Part shown: positions 34,699 through 49,105 of the stretch, piece by piece
Position numbering within the stretch: position 1 is the first letter of the stretch
Layout: each line of letters starts with the position of its first letter
Source of the DNA: Enoplolaimus lenunculus
Taxonomy: Eukaryota
Direction: 5' to 3'
Assembly: GCA_030248215.1 (NCBI GenBank)
Contig: JASANG010001414.1
Span: 62,001 to 126,000, forward strand
Length of the DNA stretch: 64,000 bases
Made by a program: the position numbers and the translations under genes
Notes under the pieces: model-generated
The model's input: only the letters and a program-made list of their open reading frames with translations
Told to the model about the DNA's origin: nothing
The model's database searches: none

Positions 34699-37602
34699 GT
34701 CCTGAGTCCTGACATCCTACAGACAACATGTATTCATCCAGAGTCCCTTCCGACAGAGTCTAGACAGTTAGCACTATCTACGTACAGCTATGAATCCGTA
34801 CCTTGCCTCAAGCTAGTATGTGTATTTTGATGCTGCTCTGCTGTTTCTAATGGGGTAGGTGGAAATTGATTATATCGGCGCGTACATTTTAACGTGGATG
34901 ACCCATTGTATTTACCTGTTGCAGGATGAACGTTTGGAAACTGATTTTTAGTGACACGGGAATATAGTTGTTGGATAGTTTTACCAGACATCCGAGTATT
35001 CTGGTATCGTGTTTATTTTTAGGACTAGTTGACACCAACTGTGGGTGTACCGCCGTTCTTTTTGGGAATATTTGGATAAGCCTGTCAAATCTAATTGTCA
35101 TTTTTAGAGGATTTTGCTACTGAGTGAGTAGTTTTGTGCTATTAGGTACCGGCAGTGCTGGAAGCCATTCCTTGGAAAGCCGAACTTCTATACTGTATAA
35201 CGCTGTTGAAGTAAATCCTCCCATTCCTATCAGTCTACTAAAAATCGGCTGGTTTGAAGACTCTTGTCAAGTCAGATACAAGTGGGCATTTTTAAATCTA
35301 TATAAATCAATAGCTGGCGAAAGTTGCGCCATTTTTCAGCTACTAGTTGTATTAACACTGCGTTGAAGTACACAAAGACACCTACAGGGGCTGCCGATTT
35401 ATCAAAAATCTCGAACCGCTGCAAATACAGGCCCAGACGCAAAGGTAGACTGGGATTAAGGGAAGCAGAGGTTTTTCAAATGTAAGGGCTCATGGCATTT
35501 TTCTAGTATAGAAACTGAACTATAACTATGTCGGCCACCATGTATGGGTTTATTATGTTTTGATATAAACGGCCTAAGGTTATTTGAAATTCTTAAGTTT
35601 CTATACGGATGTTAGATAATACCATTCAGAACCGATTGCAACTTTTGGTATATTATTGGGTTGCAAACGGACGGGCCAGGTTTTCAATTTCGACTACCGT
35701 TTCGATCCTATGGTATTGTATGATATACAATTGTAACTTGCTGTCATAGCTATACACGTACAATCTGTTAGATTTGAGGAATTTATTGTATACATGCGAT
35801 CAAAATATGAATAGTGGTAGGAAGTACAGCACACAGTCCAGTTGCCCTCAAGGGCGAAAATTGAAACGTGAATTCGTTGACACATGGATTGAGGTACGCA
35901 CTGTAAGTACTAAAAGTACTGAAAGATTGAGTTACTCCCATTTCCATCAATTTCAGAAACAATACGTTGTTAATTAACCTCTGGATTTTATTTTTGCCAA
36001 ATCTGAAACTGACTTCGTACTTTTCTTGCCACCCTGATTCACACGTTTTTTGCTGAGCAAAAACTTGCACGTGTAATCGTTAGTATATGAAGGCTTAAAC
36101 TTAAACCACAACCATCATAAACGATTATAATTTTATAAAAACGGTTAATTTCCCTTATTTTTTAAATACAAACGCAAGAGAGATAACAATTTTCCTCAGC
36201 AGACACAAGCATTCGAACTGATTGTTATATGGGCAAATAGTATCGGCAAAGAATCGGCAATTTTTTGCAGTGCCGATGCCTATACTCACTAAACGTGCCG
36301 ATTATTACCGATGCCGATTAATCGGCACATCCCTATTTATTACCCATTTGATCTTTCTAGTTTCCCAACCATTTGTAGTTTCTATATCGTTTTAAGATTC
36401 CGCGGGTAGTCTAAATCCCGGCCTGGAGCAGGAGCTTTACCGATTGTTGAACTCTTATTGGTGCCTATTAGCAATTGAGTTAACTTAGATATTTACAATT
36501 GCTTTTTAGAATCGCGATTTAGTTTTAACTTAGAGGTATTATCAAGTTGCAGAGCCTGGATTAACGTAGTGGCACTGGGTTAGTCTAGGTTTGCGTGCAA
36601 AATAAGAATTTTTTTGCGCAGGATGCCACTCTATGAAACTATGAGGACTGAGGACTAGACGTCAGGGAGAGAGGTGTCGCTCTCAATGCCGGTTTTTCCA
36701 GTTGCAGGGCTAAAAAGTCTGAGGTAAACCGTCCATCGGATGATCATTGACTGCTTTTCGCGCTGCGGGTTTAAAAAGTTGAGTCGCAATTTTTTATGTT
36801 TATGCTGCGAGCAACATATTATATTACTGCTTAATTATCTGTTTAAAGGTGTCGAAGATAGCTCATGTGTTACTAGGAGGAGCGAATTTTAGCAAGACCC
36901 TAATCATCCATCGTCGCGATCTAAGAAGAAACTAAATCAGCCAAGTATACTATATATTAAGTTTGTCGTTAGGATCATTTAAATAGCAATATTATTATTA
37001 ATCTTAATGAACACGTTCTGCGTATTATATCAGTCGGCTATGGTTCGCTGAAGAATATAATCAGTACGTATACACAAGAACACATGTATTAGTCAATCGG
37101 GGCCGTGATCACCGCTGATTGTTGCACCAAAATCAACAAAATAAATGTTCCCTTTTAAAAATTATGTATAAATTGTTATTCACGTTTTAGTACGAAATAT
37201 AAATACGTATGCCTTTTCACTATCGCTGAAAGTCTGGCATGTCACTCATTAATTTATTTCTTGTGTCATTTTAGGAGAGAACAATGCTGTACATGATACA
37301 CCAAACTCATCTCACTCTGTAGCATTAAACGAATTTTGCGTTCAAGCAAGAGAACGGCATAACCCAGTTCTTCCTGCACGCAATCTTTTCTGTTACGTAG
37401 ATTTCAGAAGGTATATAAGAATTATTTATCGTCAAGTCGGTACCAATCAAAATTTCAGAAAATCCTTGCAAATTTGGGCTCGTTCGTAAGCTCAAAGCCC
37501 GAGGAATACGATTTTCCGAATTTGAAATATGCTTTTGCAAAATGTTATGGACTAAAAGATCAAGTGTTGATCCCCCGAAATCTTTCTGCAGCTAATGGTA
37601 TG

Positions 37603-37709
37603 TAGGTTTTCCTGCAATGTGGTTTTTTATGGACACTTAATTGACATAAACTTTCATAGGTTTTCCTGCAATGTGGTTTTTATGGACACTTAATTGGCAT
37701 AAACTTTCA
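37603..37709 (+). repeat. ~54-bp direct tandem duplication
   Basis: TAGGTTTTCCTGCAATGTGGTTTTT...CATAAACTTTCA occurs twice. Confidence 0.85.
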
Positions 37710-37923
37710 AACTACGTAGAGCCCAAACAGAGATTCTCTTATTCATTCGTCGCTGGCTCATCTCAAAAAGTAGGTAAAACATTAGCGTTTTGTGAAAATT
37801 TTTTATTTTAGTATAAAAATGACTAGTGAAAGTGAAATAGCTATTGAATCAACACCTGCAGTTTGAGGAACAGAATCAACGCATATCTTGTACTGCAGTT
37901 TCAAACGTCTAATTCCTGGGGAA

Positions 37924-38563
37924 TTATTGAACATTTCGCGATGTGTTTTATGTTTTGTACTCTGGGTGTCGAAAGGTGGAGATCTGTCTGTCCGTCTGTC
38001 CGTCCGAAAAGAATCTCAGGAACGGCCGAACAGATTTTGATAAACTTTTTTTGTTTGAAATCCAATTATGCTGGGCTGTTAACTTCGCATTGGGGTTTTA
38101 GACAGTTTATTAGCTACAGACTAATCTGCATAATTAGTTAAGCCTAAATTAGGCTTCCTGCATTATTTCTACAAACCTTTGAAACCGATAACTGAATAGT
38201 TAGCTAATAGCTAATTTGCATATTAGCATAATTGACAAGACAAAATTAAGACTTTTTAAATTATTAGGGTTACAAGCAATCTAATTTAGCAGTAATGGGT
38301 TTTTGGGTGCGAGGAATCTGAATAAATCACCTACAAACCTTTAAAAGCGATTATCGAATAGTTAGCTAATGGCTAATTTGCATATTTGCTTAACTGACGA
38401 GACAAATTGCTTAAAAACCTCCAAAACCGATATATGAATAGTTAGCTAATAACTAATTTGCATATTACCTTAATTGCTTACATGTGTTCGAGCTTCGCTC
38501 AATAAATTGTCTGCAAACCCTCAAAACCGATATTCGAATAGTTAGCTAATAGCTCATTTGCAT
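37924..38563 (+). mobile_element. Helentron/DINE-1-like element, copy B (rearranged, no 3' hairpin)
   Basis: Homologous to 13058-14158: GTCC microsatellite, AAGAATCTCAGG, ~160-bp units, TTCGAGCTTCGCTCAATAAA at ~38486-38505. Confidence 0.7.
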
Positions 38564-39931
38564 AGTTTGCACCAAGCAACAGAAACAACACCTTAGACTG
38601 GCTATGCTTAATATTCCAGCATATTTTTACACTCTGTGTGTTATACATAGTGCTTTAAAACTATAGGTACATCTACATAGCATGACAATATAGCTACAAT
38701 CAGTGTTGTTGAAGTAACTTGAAGGAAAAATTACAGCAGTAAAAAGCTGAATGAGGGTACCTGCGCAAAGACTTGTTTTTTAGATCACATTAAAATCGGC
38801 ATCCATTATTGCTGTTTAGATAACATAGAGCACACAACTCTCATTTAAATTATTGTACGTCGCTAACCAGTCTGTGATTACGTAGTTATGTCACGTAAAC
38901 CGCATTCAATTTTTTGAAGAGATATTTTGCAAAAACTTTAGTAAACGGTACACCGCTAAAACTATTGAAAACGGACAGGTTAGAACGGGTTAGCACATTT
39001 TTTGCCATGTTTGGGAAGTAAAATGAGGCCAAGATTATCTCATTTGGCCCACCAGTGCAGGAGTTTACCAAAAATGACAACAAATTCCGGGGGGATCAAA
39101 ATGTGAATTTTTGCAGTTATACCTTTAAGTCAAATTGTGAAGAATATGCTTAAAAATAATAAATTTACATATCAAAAAAATTTTAAAATTTTGCTGAAAC
39201 ATTTAAGTTCTTTTTACAAATTTTTTTCATCCGCAAATTGATATTTTAATTAAAGTATTTGACGCATGTTATTGTAAAATTTGGAAGACTGTTTAGTTTT
39301 AAAACGCAAAACAGTTAATGAACAACATATTTTGTTTTGAAGTGTCATCAGTTAACAGTATTTTGGCGGTGCAATAGATTCAAAATTCCTGTTTCGGTGA
39401 AAACATGATTTCCTTTCTCTGCTTCCTGTACAACACAGTTCTTGTTACAGAACCGTGTCCACATCTGCATTTGCTTAGTACATCTACAGTACTTACGTTT
39501 ACTTACTGACTAACGATTTTCAAAACATCTGCGTTTGTTGAAAGTCGGATGTATATGTTGTATATTGGTTTTTTCTTGTTGCAAATAACATTGTGGCACT
39601 ACTGCAAGGTTTTCTTTTTTAAACATAGGAGTGCTTTTTAAGTTCAGTGGATGTTTTTACAAAACTAGGTTAAAATCGTATTCCACAAGGCTTCTGACTG
39701 TGACTCGTGGTAAGAGAAATTGGGCTAGGCAAAATGTTGAGGGAGAAGTAAATTTTTGTACCTTCTAATTCATTATTGTGAGCATTGAAAAATTGCTAAG
39801 TATATACACACCTGATTTAGCGTATGTAGACGCATAAATTTGTGTACTGGTACCCTGTCTCGACTAGCAATTCACGGAAAATGGCGTAAATTTATTTTAA
39901 AAATCTGGAAATTGTAAATTCTGGTTTTTAG

Positions 39932-42900
39932 AACAAACGGTATGCCAACGAGTGGTTTCGGAGCTCACGAGCCAAGATATTGCTACGATCCTGCTGGATC
40001 ACCGGATACACAGTCGATATGTTCAGAGGATTCGTCATGCACACCACCTTATCTTAAATGGGCGGAAAGTTTACCACAGTTGTTGGATGATGCTGAAGGT
40101 AAATATGCAAAATACCGTAGCGGTTAACATCAAAGACTCTTAAATGTCATTTTAATGTTTTCGCGGCTCACAGAACTTCCTGTTATAAAAAGTTGGTATG
40201 AAAACAAAAATCTACTGTTGACACAAAAACGATACTTGTTAACTGTTTAAAACAACGATTGCTCAAAATTAATGTACTGTTTCTGCTTTTGTATTTAAGG
40301 CGTTTCTCTATTTGCCGAATATCTCATCGATGAAGAAGGCACCAAAAACGTTCTCGATTTTTGGTTCGCGTGCAAAGCATTAAAATCCGAAACAGTACCC
40401 GAAACCCTGGCGACATACGCTCGCCTCATATACGATAACTTCGTTTGTTCACGTGCTGAAAATCGTATTGCGGATTTGAAAACTGAAACACGGCAAGCAC
40501 TTGCACATCGGCTTAATTCAGCGTCGGCACCAGCGCCCGATGCAGGCATTCTTGATGCTGCGCAGTCGGAAGCGTACGCAATACTTGTCGTCAAGCATGC
40601 TGCATTTGTGCGCTCTGAACTTTACTTAACTTTCGTTCAAAATGCACAAGACACTGCGCTTGAACTGTATCACGCAGGAGTCAACGATTATGATTCACCG
40701 AAAATTTGGTCGGTGTCACAAAATTCGCCTACACAATTACAGCAGCAAATATCAGGAATGTTTGCGCACACTCCTAACGATCCTAGTGGTGCGATACCGG
40801 CTTATGATACGTCTGTGAACACTGGGTCCTGCTTACCGCTTGGTAGTGACATTGGCAGTGGTGAGACTGGTTTGTATACCAATGTGCCACAACAATCTAC
40901 TACGTATTTGCCTACAGTTGTGGAAGACATTGAAGAAGAAACGTGTTCACCACCGTTACGTACGCAACAAAATAATTCCTCTGGGATAGCCGATAGGAAA
41001 CTAGAAACATCGACAACTACAGCAACAAATGTTAAGCAACGACGTTGTTCACCAGAACCTAATTCAACCGATATCTGTGAACCTAGTTCAACTGATGTAC
41101 AGGTGTTTGCTACGGCCGAAGAAGTACGAAAATCAAATATACAAGAAGAGAACACTTCGGACACAGCTGCTCTAGGCGCATGTTGCTCTACAATATGTGT
41201 GAGGTCGTCCCAGCCACAGGGTGCCTCGGCTACAAATCACTCCGCACGGCCTCCTGCGGTTCCAGATCGTTCGACTAAGCCGTGCTATAACACACAGAGC
41301 AAAGGTATAACAGATTATTATGATGATGTGAACTTTGTTGATAAATTGCTTTTTATTTAGTAGGACGAATGTCCAAAGATTTGCCTATGCCGAATAAATT
41401 TATTTTGCAGAAATGCTAAGGGTAATACTAAATATATACGATGATTTTGTATTAACTTATTATTGAACGAAGCTATACTCCGAGCAATGCTCGGGCTTCA
41501 CGAAGTGTTTTATATTTTGTGCTCGAAGGTCAAAAGGTGGAGGTTCGTCCGGAAGGAATCTCAGAAACCGCCGAAACGATTTTGATAAACTTTTTTGGTT
41601 TGAAAGCCTGTTATCCTGGAGTGTTAACCTCGCATTGGTATTTTAAAATTTTAAGCCGTTCATTAGCTAAAGGCTAATTTGCATAATTGGTTAAGCTTAA
41701 ATAAGCCTAAATTAGTACTTTTTGTTCACTAATTATTAGGCGTACACGCAAACTAATTTCAGCAATAAATTGTTATGGGTTCGAGGAATCTGAATAAATT
41801 GTCTACAAACCTTCAGAAACGATAATTGAATGGTTACATAATAGCTAATTTGCATATTAGCATTTTTTAAGCCGAAATTAGGGCTTTTTGCAATATTTCA
41901 CTAATTTTTAGAGCTACTGGAGGATTTTTGGGTGCGATGGATGTGAGTAAATTGTTCACAAACCTCCAAGACCGATAAATGAATAGTTAACTAAAAACCA
42001 ATTCGCATATTAGCTTAATTGCTTAAGTATGTTCGAGCTTCACTCAATGCATGTAGTCCCACTACGACTGGTATACGTTTGTTTTGCATTGCGTGTTAAG
42101 GAGGCTATGCATATTTTGATGTAAAACTTTACAGCCTTCAATTGAAACAGATCAGTCGTATCACAACGCTGCGGGTTAAGGACATCTAAAGTGTGAGTAG
42201 ACCAGCTAAATCGTGGCTATATTTTTCGAGCGAAGCTCGGACTCAATGTGAATAGTTAGTTCGGTAATTCACGAGTACGTATTTTACTAATCTGCAAAAA
42301 TAGAAAATTTTGGCGAAACTCCGAGCTTCGTTCAATAAAGTTTCTGCTTTTTCGTATAAAACATTTGGTATTTGTCTACAACTTTGAATCTATTCGATTG
42401 GTTTTAGCAGTTTGTGCACTTGTTAATGTCAGTTCTGAAACGTCGACACATAACGCAGATAACAGTGCGCCGTCAACGACTACTTGCAGCAGTAGTACGA
42501 ACACCAGTTCTAATCAAGACTCTGCTCTAGCCGTTGTAACTGGATCTAATCTGCCTGCGAACTCTAGCCATCTTTCTACGCAACCACGATTTGCCAAAGT
42601 GAAACCGGGCGCGCAGTATACATTCAGTGTCATGAGAGCTGTACCGCATTCAGGTCGTTATAAGCCATCGTTATCTTCACAAATGTAAGTGGAAGCTTTC
42701 GGAACTTTTTTCGCTATGAAAACGTGGATCTAAATTGTAACTAACGTGCTGTACTCTTGTGGAAAATAAGTGCTGAACGAGATACCGATTAGCAATGTCA
42801 CATATTGTGCTCCGCATGGTTTATATTTCTATTTTTCAAATTTATTAATTCAATGAACCTGTATTCTTTGGTCTTTCGGCGCTATTTACTCATGTATATT

Positions 42901-45900
42901 TGATGTATTTTGCGGACTTTGCGGATTTTCAATAAATCACAGCTGTTACATTTTGCTATTTGAACATTTTACGGGTGTTTGAATATTGAGTACATTCTGG
43001 TAGTTATTGTTAATAGTACTATTTGCAGTGGTACGTTGCCAAACCCATATCATACGAATTACGTTCCTCATTTGCCAACTAGTGCTCAAGACTCAGATAT
43101 TCAATCTAGCGATGCGGACACAACGGTTTCGAACAATTATAGCGAACCAAGGTATTGCTGAGTTTATTTAATTTTATGCACGTTTAGACGTTGCAATATT
43201 TTGCAGCAAAGCTTTATGTATAATGAATATAACTGTCATCTATGTATTTATTGATGTATTTATTCGGATCTTTTTCAGATTGTTATTGAGTCATATTTTA
43301 ATGTTACAATTTAAGTTAACGAGCGAGATTATTAGAATTGTGATTGTGGTTTTTATTCAAATTTCATAACGTTATCGAAATTTATAAAAAATTTTCTTCA
43401 ATTCATAATCAATGATTTTTTATGGATCTCGATGAAAATTTCATACTCGTCTTTGTCTTGTCTTGCACTGTACATGGGAAGGATTTATAGAAGTCAGGCT
43501 TTCGTATTTTACCTCTGTGTCTTTTGCTTTAATTCATGGTATAGGTATGGATATTCGTTAGCTTTGTGATGTAAGTTTGCCACTGACTCAATATTTGATT
43601 TTTAGTGACGTGTTTCCAATTAGACCAACGAAAAAGCAATTGCGAAAGCAGGAAGAAATTATAACGCGCAATGCTCAGCAAAACAGGAATCCTGACATGC
43701 AGCTCCAGCAGCCGATACCTGTAAGTGTAGCAAATCCTTAAGCTTTCGACTTTTAAAAGCAAATGCGTATTTAGTTTTATAAATGGTGGTCTTGGTGATG
43801 TACTAGAGTAGTCCTCATGAATAAGCAGTTTCATTGTTGGAAGTGCAATTGTTTTGTAGTTAAACATTGTACTTCCAATTTGAACGTAGCGTTGTTTTAT
43901 TTTTAACCACAATTTGTCATATTTTGGTTGATTATTTTAAGAGAAACCAAATTGTGGTTAAACATATCGAGATCTCTGTTATTAATACCTGTTTATCTAT
44001 CTAGTGTACTTCATGCCAAAACAACATTTTATGGTTGCCGTTTAATTTATTTGTATTACTTCAGCGAACGCAACGAAATCAAGTGCCCGTGGATCATTCG
44101 CCTACACGCGCAACGAATCAACCGAAACGTTTTGCCGAAGATCTGATTCGGCGTTTGGAAGCAGTTGAACGTGAACGGTGCCAAGATGAACGCCTGAAAA
44201 CATCGCTGCGGAAACTTTCAGAGGTAGTATTTGGTTATATGTTTGTTTAATACTTTAAGGAACATTTTGACACCAATAATAGATGTGTTCTTGCGAACCG
44301 TACGAGGTACATAGGGCAGCCATATTCTGTCTTTGTGCCAACGCTCTTCAGTCAGAAGAAAATTTCGGGGATGGTCAGGACTTGCTATTATATATTTACA
44401 TATTTTCGTACGCGATCACAGAAGCAAGTTTTTTATTTGAGAAATTTTTATAATAGAGGATCCTTTCCGTTTTAAAATTTTAGATAAATTTTGAGGGAGT
44501 GGGAGAGAAATACCCTTCATTCAGCCTTGGCTATCCCCTTGAATCATGGGTTAACTGCTATCTTTTGTTTTAGGTCGACAGTAGCTCAAATCCAAATAGT
44601 CGCCGTGAGGCTCTAATGGCTTACGGATCTACTTGCGATGATGACGAGAAAAACACTATTCTCGACGAACATTTTTCACGCAACTGGCAAGAAACACCGA
44701 AACATTCTCCGATGCGGTCGCCAGGTTTATTTGCCGGCACGTCAAATGCGCGACATCCGCTATTGCCACACAATATCAATCCAGTTGCGTTCTCGTTGCT
44801 TCAGAATCATCGTAAAAAATCGCCCAGAAGATCACCAGGTAGGAATAATGTTTTTTATTGCTTGGCCTTTATTGGGTGTGGCATGAAGTTTTTAAATTTT
44901 AACAGTCGGAGGTGGATAATTATTTTTAAAAACTTAGGTTAAGAAACAAAATTTTTTGAGAAATGCGGAGAATTTTTACAAATATGTGTTTTCAGTTTGT
45001 GTGATGATAAAATTATTTGAGATGCACTAAAATGCGGAGAATGTTTACAATTATGTGTTTTCAGTTTGTGTGATGATAGAATTAGTTGAGATGCAACGTT
45101 TAACATTGAACTGCATTATTATTATTCCTGTCGAGAACGTATAAGCTTAGACAATAATTGGCGATTCCAGTTGGATGTACGCAATTACCGGATTTTTTAC
45201 TGTATTTTCTATTGTTGTCTCGCAAGAATACGGAATTGATCTGTTTAGGTTCCCGATCACCAGATCGCAGACATTATGCTCAGTCGTCTCGAATGTTTAC
45301 CTTGCCTTACGCTGCATTCGCTAACAACGGTGGCGGTGTTTTAATGCCGGCAAGTGGGATTCCAGTACAATCCATGCCATACCAATTGCAGCATCATAAT
45401 ATGACTGATGTAGCCGTACAACAATCTGTTTCTTCTAACCCACACACTAATTCTTGCCAAAGTATCGCTGTTCAGGGCTTAATCGCTCAAACGTCGTGTA
45501 CAGCTGCTTCTACTGGCACTGTCCATCGAGCCCGTGTGTATAATGTAGCAATGACTGGACCTCAAATAATAAACAATGTATCTATGCAACAACAACAACA
45601 ACAACAATTGTCTGGCTATCCAACCGATGGTACTCAAATTTTAGCGCATTTGCAACAAAAACAACAACAACAATCTCAGTCGCTGTCGCAGTATCAACAA
45701 AAACAACAGGTGATGCTTGATGAAAACCATCTCTATCAACAACAAGTATACGTGGCAGGGCATGAAGACCAACAACAGCACACAAGCAATGCAACCGGCG
45801 GTGACTCGTTATCGTGTCCACAAGATCTTTCGAGCGGCGTTATAGCAGGTCATGTTGCGAGTAATTTGCAAGCTGGTCCAAGCCGACCTCTTGGTGGCGT

Positions 45901-48900
45901 TAATGTTGCTAGTGGACAAATGGCCAACAGAAAGTAGGTTTCTTGAGTTCTGAACATCTGTAAATTTAATTAGTAATACTCAAGAAATATATATTACAAA
46001 TAAACATAGTTGCGTATTGCGCAACATTTTAAAACCATTTTTGCTTATCACGCGTGTATACGTACCTTTTTGCCAAAAGAGCTCATGTCGCGTTAAAACT
46101 GGTGTTTGCTAGTTTGCTATAATGAGTTCTACACACTATCCATTTTGATTTCACAAAATACACCCAAGAAAATAATATTCACACATTCTTCTTATCGAAC
46201 AGGTTTTTCTTTTCCGAATTTTTGCAATACTGTTAATGCTGCAACATTGCCCAAAATACATATGTGGGGCGTTCCAGATTTAATGATATGGATATTGCAA
46301 TAAAATAACAAATGCCATATGTAAAAATCAACAAACGAAATAGACATTCGTTCATTGTAAATGTTGGACAGAAAAACGGGTACTTGTTTTTTCCATTGGT
46401 CTCAAACCTACTGAGAATTGGCGACCCCGAGAGCACACATCTGTTCTGCGGTTGTGTATTTTAGATGTTACAACACTAGTTTGTATTCCCTTGCGGTGTC
46501 AATTTTATATGTCCCTACATATGTTCAGTTAGCTAATTCTGTTTAACTGTAGCTACATTGGCAAGTAGAAATTTGTTTGCGAATTGAACATGTTTGTATT
46601 GTGTGATTTATAGAGTATCCCGTCGAAGTGGCGGCGGTGGTGGCAGCAGTCAGTTCTCAGCGAACTCACATTTAATATCAGATACAAGCGGTATTGAAAC
46701 CGAATCAAGCGGGTGCTCATCGGGCAACAGTCTAGTATCGACGTCTGCTGGATTTCAAAATCGCGATAGGTATGCATCAAGGCGCGGTAGGATGTTTTGT
46801 TACTGATAGTTGAAACAGATTGCTTTCCTGTATGTCAAATGTATAGACCGTACTGTGCTACTTCTACGTTGAGTCTCAATTTAGTAAAACTTTCTGGTTT
46901 GATTAAAATTTGTTGGCTTAGTTTTTTTAAAAATTAACAATTTTGGTAAGCAATAATATTTCGTTGTATAAGGTACGCTAGCCCCGGAAAGTAAGCAATA
47001 GCAGCCTACCTTGCGCCAGCGCAACTAATTCAATATATGTATCTTTCTTTTCATGGACTTCTGTAGATCCGGAGCTTCTCAATTGCCAGACGGTGACAAA
47101 AAGAAGTATTTCATTGGCGGAGGTGGCGGTGCTGGAGTGGTTTCTCGATTCGGGTACCTTATGATATGTATTTTCGCCTGTATATTTTTTATTTATAAGG
47201 TAATTTATATCTTTAATTTGAAAGAAATTGTATACGTGAGAACTTGTATCATTACCGAATGATGAGATAATGTAGTTTCTAACGATTTAGTTGATTTAGC
47301 TCTGTTGGTAGTTTAATTAATTAATTTTAGAGCATCAAGCAGGGAAAAGTCGCGTGGCGCAAAGCAGTTCGTTGGTTATGATGGCTGTGACAAAGAAGGG
47401 TATGGCGTGCTAAATATTAACTTTCTTCAAACTGATATTGTTTGCATCAGTTATCCAAAAGACTTGGGTATATTTATTTTTATTTAATTGATTTCTGCAA
47501 AACTAAAGAAGTAAAATTAGTCTTCTAACTTTAGCTTAATTTCACGCCTGCATATTGGGAGAGTTAGCCTGAAGTTTGCTCCTTGTTCGTCTAAAGTAGC
47601 ATGCATATTTTAAAGAACGATAAGAGCTGGTGCGTCAACAGCTGTGCCACCTGGAATGTGCACAACACAGGGATCAAAAGGAAAAATGCCCGACAATCCA
47701 TCGTCATTACCCACGTCCATGATTTTGCCCAGTAAGTAGCAAAATTGTCTGACATGCTGTTAAAACCATAAAATAGACGCTTTCTTGAAATCAAAGTTTG
47801 TTTTTCAATGTAAAAGTTTAAACATTGTCCTGCAGCTTTACTTCGCAGACAACGGAGTATCTAGAGAAACAAACTTTGACCGAAATATTTATCAAACGTA
47901 ACTTATTTCCAACCTAATGCTGTCCTTTTAGCTGTTGTAGGTTAAGATATGCTTCCAACTGTGTTTTAGCCAGGGTTGGAGCCGAAAAAACGGTTTTTCC
48001 GAAGGGTTGGAAAAACGGAAAACTGTATTTACCAATTAACTGCAGCAAATAAGTTGTGTAACAGCGACGAAACATCGCGGAAGTGCAAAAATCAACGAGC
48101 TTCGCGTAAGAGATAGGGGCGCTGATTTGTCATTTAGTAATTCCTGTTTGTTTGAGTATGTCAGACGTTTTTGCTGGTTCTGTTTTCTGTCACCGTATGT
48201 AATTTCTGTTGCTTCAGCAGAGGCCTAATTTTAATCACTACGTTTTTGCTAATCAATTATACTACTGTGATCTTAGAACGATTGTTGTATATTTTAGATT
48301 TGTTGTTTTGCTTGATCCAACCGTCCCAGCTGTGTAAACGCATTAGTTTTTAACTAAATTCGAATCAAATTCATGTAACGATTAAATTACAAATCCTGTT
48401 CGCAGATTTTTTGCCGAACTCAAACCCGCAACTTTATGGCCAGCCCAGCTGGTTGGCAGATGCTATTTTTCGACTACTGACACTTTTGTAGTGTGTTCCT
48501 TACCTTTATCATGACGTTAAAAATGTTGACAGTTTGTGAAATAGTCGGAATTCTTAGAAATGGCATTCTTATGACAAACACTTCAGATTCATCAACAAGT
48601 GCTACGTCTGCTATACAACTAGTGTACCATATGGGTGACGAAAAAATTCCTTACGTTAGCAAGTTTGTTGGTCGACCTGAAGAGTTTACATTAAAGAAAT
48701 TCAAAACAATTCTTGGCCGCAAAGGAAAATTCAAGTAGGTGAACAAGATTAATAAAAGTTTTATTGCTGACGCAAACATTTGAACAATATTGTGATTTGC
48801 AGATGACAAATTGGAACCGCGGTTTAGTTGCTATTTTTCACGTGTTAGAACAAACGTGTGTGGTGTTTAAAAAACTATTTTAACACTCTTCGTGGTTAGA

Positions 48901-49105
48901 TATATTTTATTTGCAGTAAGCTAAAACAAATATATCGATTTTTAGGTATTACTTCATGTGTGAAGATACATATTTGACAACCCCTGCGTGGCTAGAAGTA
49001 CAGGCAGACAATGAGATACTGCCAATTTATGGCTCCAAAGTACACGGTAAAGTCGTGGTTGCTGCAGACTCTGCAACCGAATCGGATTCTGCAGAAACTA
49101 TTTAA
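39932..49105 (+). CDS. AXIN: Axin (Wnt destruction-complex scaffold), multi-exon; 5' exon(s) not resolved
   Basis: YDPAGSP...TPPYLKWAESLPQLLDDAEG followed by RGS domain (LDFWFACKAL, 40300-40650). PNPYH...PTSAQDSDIQS (43040-43110). GSK3-binding PKRFAEDLIRRLEAV (44120-44170). Beta-catenin-binding ILDEHFSR (44660). DIX domain IPYVSKF...FTLKKFKTIL.RKG.FK|YYF...LEV..DNEILPIYGSKVHGKV, stop at 49105. Confidence 0.93.
41460..42073 (+). mobile_element. Helentron/DINE-1-like element, copy C (Axin intron)
   Basis: Starts TTATTGAACGAAGC and ends GTTCGAGCTTCACTCAAT...GTAGTCCCACTACGACTGGT, the same 3' end as copy A. Confidence 0.72.
42201..42338 (-). mobile_element. Short internally deleted relative of the Helentron-like family
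   Basis: Minus strand begins TTATTGAACGAAGCTCGGAGTTTCG, carries CCGAGCTTCGCTCG and ends ...CTGGT. Confidence 0.5.
44961..45095 (+). repeat. ~69-bp direct tandem duplication in Axin intron
   Basis: AAATGCGGAGAAT...TGTGTTTTCAGTTTGTGTGATGATA...TTGAGATGCA occurs twice. Confidence 0.8.

Noticed and set aside
34498..34830. 110-aa basic ORF
   Set aside because: Translation of the MITE interior repeats; not coding.
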